DNA of 63,607 nt, filler included, from Collodictyon triciliatum (taxonomy: Eukaryota): assembly GCA_043381765.1 (NCBI GenBank). It is 7 parts of 7 records of this genome, joined end to end, with 100 filler letters (N's around TTAATTAATTAA, not from the genome) between each part and the next. Parts side by side here need not be neighbours in the genome. Positions count along the whole stretch, not along the records: positions 42,022 to 50,867 come from JBHJMP010003257.1; positions 50,968 to 59,815 come from JBHJMP010003258.1; 5 more parts are not named here. One strand, written 5' to 3'. Of the stretch, positions 42,176 through 54,062 are shown piece after piece; positions within the stretch are counted from its first letter, which is position 1, and the number at the start of each line of letters is the position of its first letter. The translations under genes and the position numbers were made by a program. A model generated the notes under the pieces. It was not told where the DNA came from, did not search any database, and worked only from the letters and a program-made list of their open reading frames with translations.

Positions 42176-43789
42176 GGTTACATCCTCGGCCTTGGAGACC
42201 GTCATCCTAGCAACCTCATGATGGATCGGTACAACGGCAAAGTTCTTCACATCGACTTTGGCGACTGTTTCGAGGTGAATCCCTGAAAAAAAAAATATGC
42301 GAACCAAGTTGATGTTAATAAACGCCAGTCATTTTTGTTTTATTTACCCTATGTTATTGTTATTGTTTAAAAAACATTCATACGTTTTGCTGCATGATAG
42401 GCTTCAATGACTCTACTATTTGTTTAACGAATTCGCAATATTTTGAAAGGTCGCCATGCACAGAGAAAAATTCCCCGAAAAGATTCCGTTCCGTTTGACA
42501 AGGATGCTCATCCAAGCTATGGAGGTATATCCATATCTAAATAAACGAATAATAAAAGTAATCATTACCATAACAAAAATATACATTGTCCGCATTCATT
42601 CATGATATTTATCCTAGGGATGAAGGAACACCACCCAGATAAATAATAATGTACTTAAATTTATGAATACACCTAGGTCAGTGGGATTGAAGGCAACTTC
42701 CGATACACATGCGAAAGCGTAATGCGTGTCCTTCGTGAAAACAAGGAGAGTTTGATGGCCGTGCTGGAAGCATTTGTTCATGACCCTCTAATCAACTGGA
42801 GGCTCTTGACCACTACCCCCAACAAGGACAAAAAGAAGAAGCAAGAGCAGTGTTAGTTTATGATTTTATGGAGAGGGATGGGAGACATAAATCTTTGTAT
42901 GAATATTATTATTAACATTATTTCCTGTGTGACATTTTTTTATATGTTGCAATCTTAAGACTTATTCATTTACTGGCAGCCACCGATGTGATTCATGCTG
43001 AGCCTGCACCCTCAACAAATCCTTCTCCTCATGTGCGCAATCGCCCCGAGACTTCAACAAATATTGGTTCGTTCTGTTAGCCTCAGCACATTTTATGTGG
43101 TGTTATATATCTCACTAAATTTAATTCAGTATGCAGCTGGGTTATTTTATATGTACATATCCATTTTGTTTTATTCATATACTTTCGAAATCGACTGGAA
43201 GATACGTTTTCCATTTTTCTTCTTTTTTTCCCTATTCGTCCATCACCATTAATTATTCGTATACTATCACAGCGAACGAAAATACAAACTTCCCCGTCCT
43301 GAATGAGCGTGCCGTTGCGGTTGTTTCTCGCGTCCAAAATAAACTCACTGGCCGCGATTTTGCCAACGAAGTTCTCGATGTCCACCAACAGGTTCCTTTT
43401 TATTAGAAAATCATGTTTTGGTTGGTCTCATCCCCTTCGAATCTCACCATCTATCTGGCGCCCAGTTTGCATCTTCTTTACTGGTATTATTATTATAAAC
43501 TCCTTTACCAAAAAAAAGTCTTTTTTTTTTGTTGTTGTATGTATGTGTATTAGGTGAATCGTCTCATCCAGCAGGCAACGTCGCACGAAAACCTGTGCCA
43601 ATGCTACGTTGGATGGTAAATCCATGAACGCTTCATTCATAAGGCGGATAAATCAACCTCGCTTTTATTCATTTGTTGCTTTCATTTCCGTCAAACTCCA
43701 ACGAAAAGCTTCGGCTTAGCTTCACTGCTTCGATACTAATAAATGGCTGATGCACATTGTTTTTGACTATTAGGTGCCCCTTCTGGTGA
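42176..43789 (+). CDS. TOR: TOR kinase, C-terminal PI3K/FATC exons
   Basis: [84 protein letters not shown]. Confidence 0.98.
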
Positions 43790-44503
43790 TTGAGAAAGAA
43801 GAGAAGAAGAAAAATTATAAACCATGCCAGCCGACGAAGCAAAGCAAAGCAAAGCAAAGCAAAAATAAAACAAGACCTTTAAAATGAGGGAGGGAGAGAA
43901 GCAGCCGCATCGATACTGTTTCGTGTGCGCACAGCTTCAACGAGTCGAATTATTGTGTATTTATCATAATGCAATCACCCGCGGAAAAATGAAAGAAAGA
44001 AAAGAAAGAAAAGAAAGAAAAGACAAAAAAAGCTGCCGGGTCGGCTCTGTGCCCCACCCACGAATCCCACCCATCCGTTCCATCACACTCCAGTCTCGTG
44101 CGTTCCTTCGGCGTTGTGGAAGGCAGCCGCCAGGACAGCAGCAACAGCGGCCAAAAGAAAGAGCCCGAGCGACAGATTCAGAGTGACGAGGGCGCGTGTG
44201 TCTGTGCAGCTCTTGCTGGGGCGTGCGAGTGGAAAGCGAGTCCAGCGGGTGAAAAACGAGTCACGGGTGTGCGTCTCACTGGGCGGCGATGTGTTTGTAG
44301 ATGTAGATGCAGATGCAGATGTAGTTGTAGTTGTGATGGTGCTTGTGTGCGGGGGATGCAGGGTATGTGGCAAAGAAGGAGACGAAGATAAAGATGCAGA
44401 GGGCAGCGAGTGCATTTGGTTGTGTTGGTGGTGCTGATGGTGAATGCGGGGCGATTGTGATGTTGGGCGTGTGTCATCACCGGGGGTCGGGAAGGATGTG
44501 TCG

Positions 44504-47500
44504 CTACTTTGAGTCCCGCGGGGGGAACTTTTGGGCGCGAAAGGGTTCCTGTCGACCGCCCTCGGACTGGCGCAGCAGGCTGTAGTAGTGTGTTCCTAGC
44601 GAAAACAGAGAGCTGTTCAGAAGTTGAATTTCCTTCTGCTGTCTTGTCGTTTCCTCCTTAAAACTCTCCTGGGGGAGCAACATTGTCGATGATTAGATAA
44701 AAGAAGAGAGAAAAGAGGAAAAAAAGAGGAAAAAAAGAGGAAAAGAAGAAGAAAAGAAAGAAAAGAGGAAAAAAAGAGGAAAAAAAGAGGAAAAAAAGAG
44801 GAAAAAAAGAGGAAAAGAAGAAGAAAAGAAAGAAAAGAAGAAAAAAAAGAAAAAAAGAAAAAAAGAAAAAAGAAAAAAAGAAAAAAAAAGAAAAAGGGCG
44901 TTACGATATTGTCTTTGAGTAAAAAAAAAAACACATTAATAATTCAATTTTATAGGCTATATGATTTAGACACACCATCGATTCACGCAGCCGAATATTT
45001 ATCGTCTCCAGTTGTTTTTCCAATTCCTGAATACGTCTGTCGGAGTTTCCGGACGTGTCGCTCTAGCAAGATAAAAGCAGGAATCATATTAAATACAATA
45101 GAGTTTGAGAATCAGAGTCTAATTCATCATGATTTTTTCGAATACTTTGAATCGAATAAAGGGAAAAAATCATGATTTTTTTCGAATAAAAACAACAAAC
45201 AAACAAACAAACAAGAAATGGAAAACATACAGAATGTATCCGAAAAGTATTCGTATGTGTAGATATGGTTTTACTTGGCCAAACGGCTCTTTTGATGCTG
45301 TTGTAAGTTTAGTAGAAAGCGAATTCGCTTGAATCAAGGTCGTTGTTTGCGGTTCCAGGCGTGTGATGTTCGATTCTTGATTTTTCGCTTCCAAGTCACG
45401 GATTAAGCTTTCGTTTTTCTCTTTCAGTTCAGCCAGTTCGTCCTTTCTGAATGTTGAAAGAGTATACCAAGGAATATGAGAGCGGAATTTATCTTCCTTT
45501 TTTTTTCCTTTTAAACAGAAGATATGGTCGAAAAAGTCAAGCTATATTTGAAAAATATGATACTATGTTAAATGAAAAAAATGCAGCGTACAGTTGTGTT
45601 ATAGTGAACTCATTCGCAATACTGAATGTCATAACGGCCGGGCTCTCTTGCTCGTCTGAAGGGAGAGAAGATTGTGTGAAATAGAAATAGAAGATTTCCT
45701 TTATTCGATTCAAAGTGTAGCGAGGTTATGCCATACAAAGGGGCGGGATGGGAGAAATAAAAATAGAAGATAAAATAATGAGGCATAGTGGGTTTTTAAA
45801 AAAAGAAAAAAAGAGTTTTTTTTTTTCTTTAATGATTCAGTTTGGGTGACTAACCTGTGTTGGGTCTGGGTTGGTGCAGTTGCTTTCGAAGTGCCAACAT
45901 TTCAGAGTGATATATATCCTTCTCCTGCTTAACTTTGGTGAGTTCTGACTCCAGAACTGCTTTTCTCTTCTCCAGGGTGTCCCTGTCTGACAGTAGCTGG
46001 TTGATTTGCAGCCTGGATTCTTGGCCCTGGCCTTTGCTTTCTTCAGCCTCTTTCACCCTTCTTTGTAGCTCCTGATTGGCTTTGTTCTGGCTCTGCACTT
46101 CGATTTGCAATTCCTGTTGGGAGGCATAATTATAATATGCAAATGCGACCAAAAGGGTTAATATTTCAGGATGTATCGGCATCATGTTGTTGTCGTTGTT
46201 TCATTTTTTTTATTACTATTTTTTTTTTAAAAAAAAATTAACAATGAAATCATGAGCATTCTAATATGAGGGTCACGCTGTATTCGTATATTTGCAAATG
46301 GGAACCTTGATATGTTTCTGAAGGTCTCCCATTTCTTCAATTTTCTTCTTATACCTTTCTATTACAGCATCGCTCTTTTGTACTTTTTCTTGTACTTCGT
46401 TCAATGCTTCCAGTTGGAGTAGTAGTTTATGAATTTCCCCTTCTTGTTGAGTTACTTTCACTCTCTATTGGTAATAAATGAATAATCAACTATCGTTACT
46501 CATCAATTTGTGACTTTTGAAGATAAAATTAAAGAATCCATTATAGTACCATATCGCGATAGTCCTCCATATCAGATTCAAGTTTGGTCAGTGACTGGTT
46601 TAACAGAAATATTCTGTGTTTGATCATTATATTGACTTTATTTTAGAAAATAAAATAAACCGATATCAACACGATGTATCAAAATGGTTTGAAAGGACAA
46701 ATCAAATAGGTATTTGCAACCACTATTACGTTTTTCTGTCTTATGCCTTCTTGCTTATCATCGAAAAGGAGAAAAAAGTATACACACCTGTTTTTATCAG
46801 CATCTGACAACTTCTGCATATCTCGGTACATTTTCTCAAGATTGTCATGCTTTTTCGATGCTTCCTTCTCTTTTTGGACCAGCTCATCTTTCTAAAAGAT
46901 ATATGCGAGTAATCAGTGATGATGAGTTCGGTAGAGTTACCTTAATTCGAGGTCAATTTTTTTTAAATAAATAAAGCCTGAAGATTCAGTACATAGGGTT
47001 CCAAACGGACACAATGATTGAAGTGGTTACTTGTTCCTCCAGTCTTTGATTTTCTTGTCGTAGCAATTCATTCTGGGATTCACATTCACGAAGTTTGTTC
47101 TTGAGTCCTTCAATTTGACGATTCAAGGTGTCGAGCTCATCCGAAGAAGCAGATGTGGATGCATGAGCTACTTCTGAAGGAATAACCATAACCTATTCAC
47201 AGATGAAAATATTACCGAAAAAAAATCCCAATAAAAACATCATATTGTCAATCAACGTATCTTATTTTATTTTATTTTTTTTTTAAAAAAAAAGGAAACA
47301 GAGGAGCTAGATTTGATACTCTTTTAATTGCTTGTTGGAGCGCAGAACTAGTGACGATAAAGATAAAGATAAAATAAAGATAAAGTACAGGCACCACAAA
47401 GTACAAAAGGGATACCTTCTCAATGATAGATTTCAGGTCGATCTGTGTGCTTGCATCCAAGCGCATGATATTTCCTACCCACTGAGCTTTCCTCTCCGAG

Positions 47501-48127
47501 TGGAGGGCAGCATAAACCGCAGCCTCCAAAAGAATGGTGATGTTGTCGATTGCACCATCGGCGATGGAATCGACGTCCAACTTATGTAGTTGTAGTTGAC
47601 TATGAATCCGAAACTTTTCAGAGAAGTACAATCGAATGTTTGATATCAGTCTCCGGCAGTTGGACACAATCATTTCCCGGTTTCTGGAGACATCTCGCTT
47701 GAGAGATTCAAGAGGAAAATACAAGGCATCGCTGTGTTGTTATGGTTGAAATATTTCAGAAAATAGGGTTTTCTTTGAGTTATCAGCAAAAAAAAAAAAA
47801 AAATATGCTGATATTAATACAATACGATGCGATACGATGAATAAAACTTGCATTTCATGGAATACTTCCGTAGCAACAATACAGTCGCAGATGTCCTCCA
47901 GCGATTTCAGATCCTTCGAGTTATTGGGAAACGAGTTCAACTAAAGTTTGCAATGAAAACGAAAAAAAATTCAGCCCCCTACTTTTTTTCTTTATCGATT
48001 CAACACAGATCGCTGAAAATAGGCCGCTTCTTTTATCTCAATATTAACAACAGCACGACACGTAGTTGTTCACACGAGATTGTGTTGAGTAAGGAAAACA
48101 AACCCAGTTGATGTAGGTTCGCTCCAT
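44504..48127 (-). CDS. Hook-family dynein adaptor (Hook N-terminal domain + coiled coil)
   Basis: MERTYINW|LNSF..SLEDICDC; AALHSERKAQWVGNIMRLDASTQIDLKSIIEK; IERYKKKIEEMGDL; C-terminal EIQLLNSSLFSLG..FRAQKFPPRDSK*. Confidence 0.85.
45145..45168 (+). mobile_element. Short retroposon-like element, copy 4 (intronic)
   Basis: CTTTGAATCGAATAAAGGGAAAAA flanked by ATCATGATTTTTT(T)CGAATA (45126-45144, 45169-45188). Confidence 0.88.
45696..45753 (-). mobile_element. Short retroposon-like element, copy 5 (intronic)
   Basis: Reverse complement TCCCATCCCGCCCCTTTGTATGGCATAACCTCGCTACACTTTGAATCGAATAAAGGAA, flanked by GAAATA(G/A)AAATAGAAGAT (45678-45695, 45754-45771). Confidence 0.9.
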
Positions 48128-48777
48128 CACAGCTGGCTGCGGCAGGTGGTGAAGTCACTAAATCGCATACAATACACTATCACTTATGTTTTCATGGTTA
48201 TTTTCAAGGCGCTCATCGGCCGATACTTTGTTCATCGCCCTTTTTTTTTTCTTTTTCCGAGCTGCTTCGATCCATGCTTGCAGATTTCTGATCAAACTCA
48301 TCGTTGTCAATTCAATGGAAAAGTCTATATCTGGAATTAAACTCGCCACAGCAAAAGAGAGAAAAAAAAAACGGGCTGATCCGCTCAACTTTGGCGCGGC
48401 GAACTTCAAAAGCTGGTGAAAGGAGTCATTATTTTATTTTTTCCGGTTCGTTACTCCGTAGTAAAGACACCTGCACACTGGATATGTTTATTTATGCGTA
48501 TGAGCTTCTTAGACTCTCACCAAATGGAAAACATCCTCTAAAATCCATATATGCTCTGAGCAACTGTTTATGCGTCGATATCACACATATTACAATAGAG
48601 GATTAATTAACATATGTATTATTTTACTTGACGTCAATGTTTTTCGTCACCCTTTTATTTGACCCAAAGTGTATTTGATTACCATGTAAAATATTTTAGC
48701 ATTTTTGCAGGAGTTCTAAATTCAACCAGCCCGGAGTCAGGAGGTAAGGCGGAAAAAGAATTGCAATCCCCGCAGAC

Positions 48778-50190
48778 ATGAATGAGAGAGACGAAGTTGC
48801 GTGCTTCAGCTCTGTTGAGCAAAACTCTGGGATTGGCGAAGCAGCACGCTCCGAGCCTTTGGCGTGGTGGATCTGCTTGAAACGGGCCACTTTTATTTGG
48901 GCGTTCATTCTCCTGAAGACCATTCCTCGAATCACTGTAATCGTAACCTTGATGGGGTTGTATTACATCCCCTCAAGAATAATTACTCGTGATATGCTTG
49001 AGGCAATCACTGTAATCATGTATAAAATCGTCCGGAATATATTTGGTTCATGCACCTTTTGGATCGCAGTGTCTTTTGGGTTTGTGGAAGTCTTTAGCCT
49101 GCAATTTGCGTTGAATGCAGTCAAGTTTTCCTTTATTCCGGTGTGCTCGGTGGCTATGGTCTCAATAGTATCTTTTGTCGAGTCTCCGTTCGTCTTCAAC
49201 TTGGTGACAAATATTTTCACTGCCACAGGCATCATATTGGGGCTTTATATAGTATCTCGGTCAAAAAAGCCCACTTGGATGACAGAGGAGCAAGAAATCT
49301 ATTTCAGCATGACGAAAGATGGAACTCCAATGGCTGTTTTCAAGGCTGTCGTTAGTCTCTTCGTGTTTGTTGTATTCCTGCTGCAGAGTGTTTTCCCTAT
49401 CTATCTGAGGGCGTCATTTTACACACAGTTAATATTTAGATTCATTGTATTTCCCTTGTGTTTCACTCTTTCAAAGTGGTATCAGATTCATGTCATTATC
49501 CACCTTTGTCACTCCCAATTTCACCGACGAATGCTGTTCAATAAAATTCTGAATCACTACATGCATTTTGTAAGTCGCTTGTATCTCTCAAACCTCACCA
49601 CAAGGGGTGCCGACTCTGCAGAATACATCCTCGTGAATATGGCTGCCTCTCTTCTAGAAATCACCACCGTATGCACTCATGCATACCGCCTTAAAATCAT
49701 ACATGACATCAAACAAGTAACAAGTAAATTCTACTGTGCACTACGACCGTCATCACGAAACCGCGTTGTCTCTCTCAGGCCACTGGACGAACTGCCAGAC
49801 TTTGGCCGTGAAATTGCAGATGAAAGATTGGAGAGAGCTCGATATGTCAAGGAATCCATGGAGTTCCATTGCAAGCAAATATGTGATGGAATCAGCTCAG
49901 AAATCCTCTCTATCTTCATCGCACCGCTGCTCATGTACTTTCTGTACCCCATCTATCCCGATACACCATTCCAGACAATATCGACCATGGGAGAGTGCAT
50001 CGGACAAATCGGCATTCAGCTTGTGTTTGAGTTTATCGGGGATGTGATATCAATCAGCCATCTTCTGAGACAAGGGTACATGGAAGCCAATATCGAAAAC
50101 ACATGGAGGCCGTTTGCAGGTCAAGTAGTGGTGCCGTTTTCTGTGTACTGCGTGGTTTATATCCACCGCCTGGTTGACGTGTTTGTGTGA
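48778..50190 (+). CDS. Intronless 470-aa polytopic membrane protein, unknown function
   Basis: Uninterrupted 1.4-kb ORF with many hydrophobic segments; no family recognised. Confidence 0.8.
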   Translation: MNERDEVACFSSVEQNSGIGEAARSEPLAWWICLKRATFIWAFILLKTIPRITVIVTLMGLYYIPSRIITRDMLEAITVIMYKIVRNIFGSCTFWIAVSFGFVEVFSLQFALNAVKFSFIPVCSVAMVSIVSFVESPFVFNLVTNIFTATGIILGLYIVSRSKKPTWMTEEQEIYFSMTKDGTPMAVFKAVVSLFVFVVFLLQSVFPIYLRASFYTQLIFRFIVFPLCFTLSKWYQIHVIIHLCHSQFHRRMLFNKILNHYMHFVSRLYLSNLTTRGADSAEYILVNMAASLLEITTVCTHAYRLKIIHDIKQVTSKFYCALRPSSRNRVVSLRPLDELPDFGREIADERLERARYVKESMEFHCKQICDGISSEILSIFIAPLLMYFLYPIYPDTPFQTISTMGECIGQIGIQLVFEFIGDVISISHLLRQGYMEANIENTWRPFAGQVVVPFSVYCVVYIHRLVDVFV

Positions 50191-50508
50191 TGCAAAGCCT
50201 CCTTTGCAATCCGGCCGCTCCACCCTCTCGACAAGCACCCAACCAACTGCAATTCCGCCATAGGAAAATGCAAACAGTCACGCGCCGCTAACAAATCCTC
50301 CGCTGCAAACAAACAAACAAACAAACACACTAGAAAACAATCAAGTGATCAGTCGATCGAATCAGCAACCACACCTTCCACAGACTCTCCCATAGCCAAG
50401 ACCCAAAGCACACAAGAATATGTGTACACAAAACATATAAACATATACTCATTCATACATACGCACATACAAATGTATATGCACATGCACAGCCATAGGA
50501 ACAAGATC

Positions 50509-50805
50509 ATGTCCCAGCTGGTGCCAAAGGCCTCGGTCCTGTCCTTGTACCGCAGTCTTCTTCGAGCCGCAAGCCAATTCCAAAGCAACAACTTCCGCTC
50601 CTACTTTGTGCAGCACATCCGCGACGACTTTCGCGTTGCTCGTGACTCAGTCAGGACGGCGGCCGAGGCTGAAGCCCACCTCGCATACGGATACTCGCAG
50701 CTGGAGATGCTTCGTCGCCAGAGCACCATCAGCAGACTCTTCTTTACAAACAGCGTCAACGTAAGCCAGCCCACGCCCGCTCGTGCGCAAAGCGAGGCTC
50801 GCTAG
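50509..50805 (+). CDS. ISD11: LYR-motif protein ISD11/LYRM4 (Fe-S cluster assembly)
   Basis: VLSLYRSLLRAASQFQSNNFRSYFVQHIRDDFR...QLEMLRRQSTISRLF. Confidence 0.88.
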   Translation: MSQLVPKASVLSLYRSLLRAASQFQSNNFRSYFVQHIRDDFRVARDSVRTAAEAEAHLAYGYSQLEMLRRQSTISRLFFTNSVNVSQPTPARAQSEAR

Positions 50806-51089
50806 ATGACCACACCGCAAACTTGAAACGAATAAAAAAAAAAAAAAAAAAAAAAATAGAAAAAAAANNNNNNNNNNNNNNNNNNNNNNNNNNNNNNNNN
50901 NNNNNNNNNNNTTAATTAATTAANNNNNNNNNNNNNNNNNNNNNNNNNNNNNNNNNNNNNNNNNNNNATGTATGTATGTATGTATGTATGTATGTATGTA
51001 TGTATGTATGTATGTATGTATGTATGTATGTATGTATGTATGTATGTATGTATGTATGTATGTGTTTGTTTAATTATATATTTATATAC

Positions 51090-52374
51090 ATCGTGCTCGG
51101 CACAAGTGGAACTATCGAGGCTCTTCCCACAGGTTCTGCAGCGAAAGCATGTCTTGTGCCAGTCACGACCGCCAACACCCTTGACCTTCTCAGCTGGATG
51201 AATTTGATGGAGTGATGAGTGAATCAACGCACATGTAGCTAAAAGAAAATAAGATAGACCATAGAGACAGAATGAAGCGGAGTACCAAAATAAACTGTTT
51301 TTCCGCAACGAGGGCATCCAGTAGGGAATACAGAATCGGCATTTGACGCGCTTGATGGCTGTTAAAAAAAAAAGACGCTTCAATGTCAGTGATAGTAGAG
51401 CTTCATAGGCGAGTAATTTAACGGGCTCATTGGTTGATAAGTAGGATGTTGAGCCCAATATATGTTGAACTTTACTTGAATATATGAATTTTTTTCCTAC
51501 CAAAGTATTGGTTCTTGAATCTATTGGCTGGGATTGGACGGGGCTTGAGGATGATTGAACAGAGCCTCCTCGAGCGCGAGGGGCAGAGTCTGTCTCCGAT
51601 CGCATAATTGTTGCGGCTCCTAAGTTCACAACTTAATTAACTCCTTGTATTTGTGCATATGTACCAGTAGCAGAGTCTCCACGCCCATATGTCCTGTTAA
51701 TTGAATTTGGCTATACACCTCCTGAATAACCATATCCTTTCGGTCCCCATTCCTTTGCATGACATGCTTTGCAATAGGCCTCTCCCTATTACATAAGTTA
51801 TGGCAATGCCGATATGAATCAATAAATTAGTGATAGTATAGATTAAGATAAAGAAAGCATACACTGAATAGAAAAAATGAGGTACCACGTTATATCGAAA
51901 TCCTACAAGATAAAAACTTATTTGATCTGTTTGTTTTGTCTTTAATTTGTTTATTTTTTCTTTGATTTGTTTTTTGGCTTGTTTTTCTGGCTTGTTTTTC
52001 TGGCTTGTTTTTCTGGCTTGTTTTTCTGGCTTGTTTTTCTGGCTTATGATAAATGCATACATCATGTACTTTGAATCGAATAAAGGGAAAAAAATACATA
52101 CATCATGCTCAGCGACTGTTGTGCTGTCCACTGATTTTCCACACGCGAGACATTTCATGCATGCACGGTGCCAGTCCTTTCCACCTACGCCCTTAACCTT
52201 CTCCGCTAGGAATGAAACAAAGGTGACTTCGCTTTCTTTTTTCTTTTTTCTTTTTTTCCTTTTCGGATCAATCAGTAGCTCCAAAGGCGACACCCTCCCC
52301 TGTCAATGTTGGGCTCAATAAGAAAGCTCACCAAAATAAACAGCTTTGCTGCAACGGGGGCAGACGCTTGACAT
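51090..52374 (-). CDS. Cysteine-and-glycine-rich LIM protein (CRP/MLP type), 3' truncated
   Basis: MSSVCPRCSKAVYF|AEKVKGVGGKDWHRACMKCLACGKSVDST..|GEAYCKACHAKEWGPKGYGYSG, then a second LIM domain GCPRCGKTVYF|AEKV..WHKTCFRCRTCGKSLDS. Confidence 0.93.
52067..52091 (+). mobile_element. Short retroposon-like element, copy 6 (at an intron 5' end)
   Basis: ACTTTGAATCGAATAAAGGG-An flanked by AAAT(G/A)CATACATCATG (52051-52066, 52092-52107). Confidence 0.85.
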
Positions 52375-53064
52375 CTCTCGCACGCAACTGGCTTGCCTAA
52401 TATTGTTGTTATCGCATGTTTACGACCTTGATGATCAGAAATCCACTGATGCCCTCTATAGAATCGTGCCTCAAACCCAGCGGCTGTCACTCAAGCGTGG
52501 TGATCAAACTGGCGGTTCCTTTTGTTGTGATTCGCATTTTTTTTGGGAGATCTTTTTGCTTTGGGGAAAAAATTCTGTAATGGAAAAAATACATTTTCAG
52601 GGGGACAATTTTTTTGGCCGTCGCTTCGCTTGGTTCATTTGGCCAGGCACCTCGATTCCTTGCCGATACACTCTAAGGCATCAACTGGCCTCTTGCAGCG
52701 ATTTATTGCACGGCAGGGTCATCAAAGATTGTGGGGCAAACACAGAGACTTACAGAGGAGGGATACCCTCCCATGCTTGAAGATAACTTGGGCGTCCTTG
52801 TTAGGCTGTTTACAATCCTGTTCCATTAATTTTGGTAGCATTTTTCATCCCTTCTTTTTCTTTTCCTTTTTCCTTTTTTTTTATTTGTGATATTCATGAT
52901 TTTTTCTCCTCTTAAGTAATATTCATGAAGTATATCATCCCGTTACATGGTTGTGGAGAGAAGCAATGCGATTTTTTTCTCTTTATTCCATTCAAAGAAA
53001 GTAACCATGTGATGATATTCAACAAGTTAAAATAATAATAATAAATTAAAAAGAAATATTTGTT

Positions 53065-53150
53065 CATTTGCTCTCTCCCATGCGCTCCCATCCCGCCCCT
53101 TTGTATGGCATAACCTCGCTACACTTTGAATCGAATAAAGGGAAAAAAAA
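53065..53150 (+). mobile_element. Short retroposon-like element, copy 7 (long); a degenerate copy 8 lies on the minus strand at ~52972-52997
   Basis: Same 3' end; identical to copy 5 over ~55 nt; imperfect flanking repeat AAGAAAwATyTGTT. Confidence 0.85.
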
Positions 53151-53164
53151 GAAAAATCTGTTAA

Positions 53165-53850
53165 AGAGAAAACATACCGAGCATTTATTCACATCACCTT
53201 TAAGTACACATGCGTGGCAAAAGCTGGCAAAGTCTCCCAACAATGCACACTTTGCAGCAACGGTGATGAATCCATCGAGCACACATTTGTGCAATGTCCC
53301 TTCGCTCAAAACCTGCGCGAAACAGTCGGTGAGATTCCTCGACTGACACTCAAGACGGCTGCGGCTGTTGGCCCAATCCAGGCGATATTTGGGCCTCTGC
53401 AACAGCTGCGTCCAGGTGCAAAAACATTCTGGGCAGTGATGCGAGGCCATTTGCTATGGACTTTGTGGATAGCGCACATATACTCACACAAAGCAAGATT
53501 CAACAACCAGCCACACATTCCTGATAATAGACTGGATGATACATACAAGTATCTTTTCTCAACAATTTCTTCGCCACCTGCGCGTTCTCTACTACTCAGA
53601 CCCTGTGAGAAGAGACATGTGGAAAGAAGCTGAGAAAGATATTAAACCTCGATTTACCTCTCTCATGAAAGCACAAGACCCAGGCTGCAGGCCAAACCGC
53701 AGGATGCAATCCCTGATTACCGACTACTTCTCCGTCACCCGGCCACCAAGTAGCGTTCATGCAAGCGATGGCTAGCGAAACAAAGTCAACATCCATCACC
53801 CTGCATAAATTGAAAGGAAGAATAAAAAAGAAAATATTCAAAAAAAACAA
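53165..53850 (+). mobile_element. 5'-truncated, frameshifted L1/Tx1-type LINE 3' fragment (zf-RVT domain)
   Basis: CTLCSNGDESIEHTFVQCPFA (CxxC..E.xxH.F..C.FA), LWTLWIAH..KARFN; frameshift near 53535; stop at 53775; AATAAA and an A-rich tail follow. Confidence 0.8.
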
Positions 53851-54062
53851 GTGTTTTGGGAATCTGGATTATTCTGCAGCACATTTTGTAGGCAAAGAAA
53901 CCCCTGCTGAAAAAGCAATCCAGAGATGAATCAGATCGACAAGGCAACAGGCTTTATTCACCAGACATCGGCGCAGGAAGCAACTTGAAATAAGGAGAAA
54001 AGAAAAAAAGAGCGGCAAGAGGAAATCCATTCAAGACTGGTCTTGGAAACCCAAGTACCTCG

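Noticed and set aside
44083-44415. Tail-anchored (ZYG-12/KASH-like) Hook protein via ORF ending LGLFLLAAVAAVLAAAFH
   Set aside because: Tracing exon phases puts the Hook stop (TAG) at 44504-44506, so this hydrophobic ORF lies in the 3' UTR.
51694-51718. 25-nt micro-intron in the LIM gene
   Set aside because: A ~98-nt intron to the acceptor at ~51621 restores the conserved GYGYSGGAAT linker and is the simpler model.
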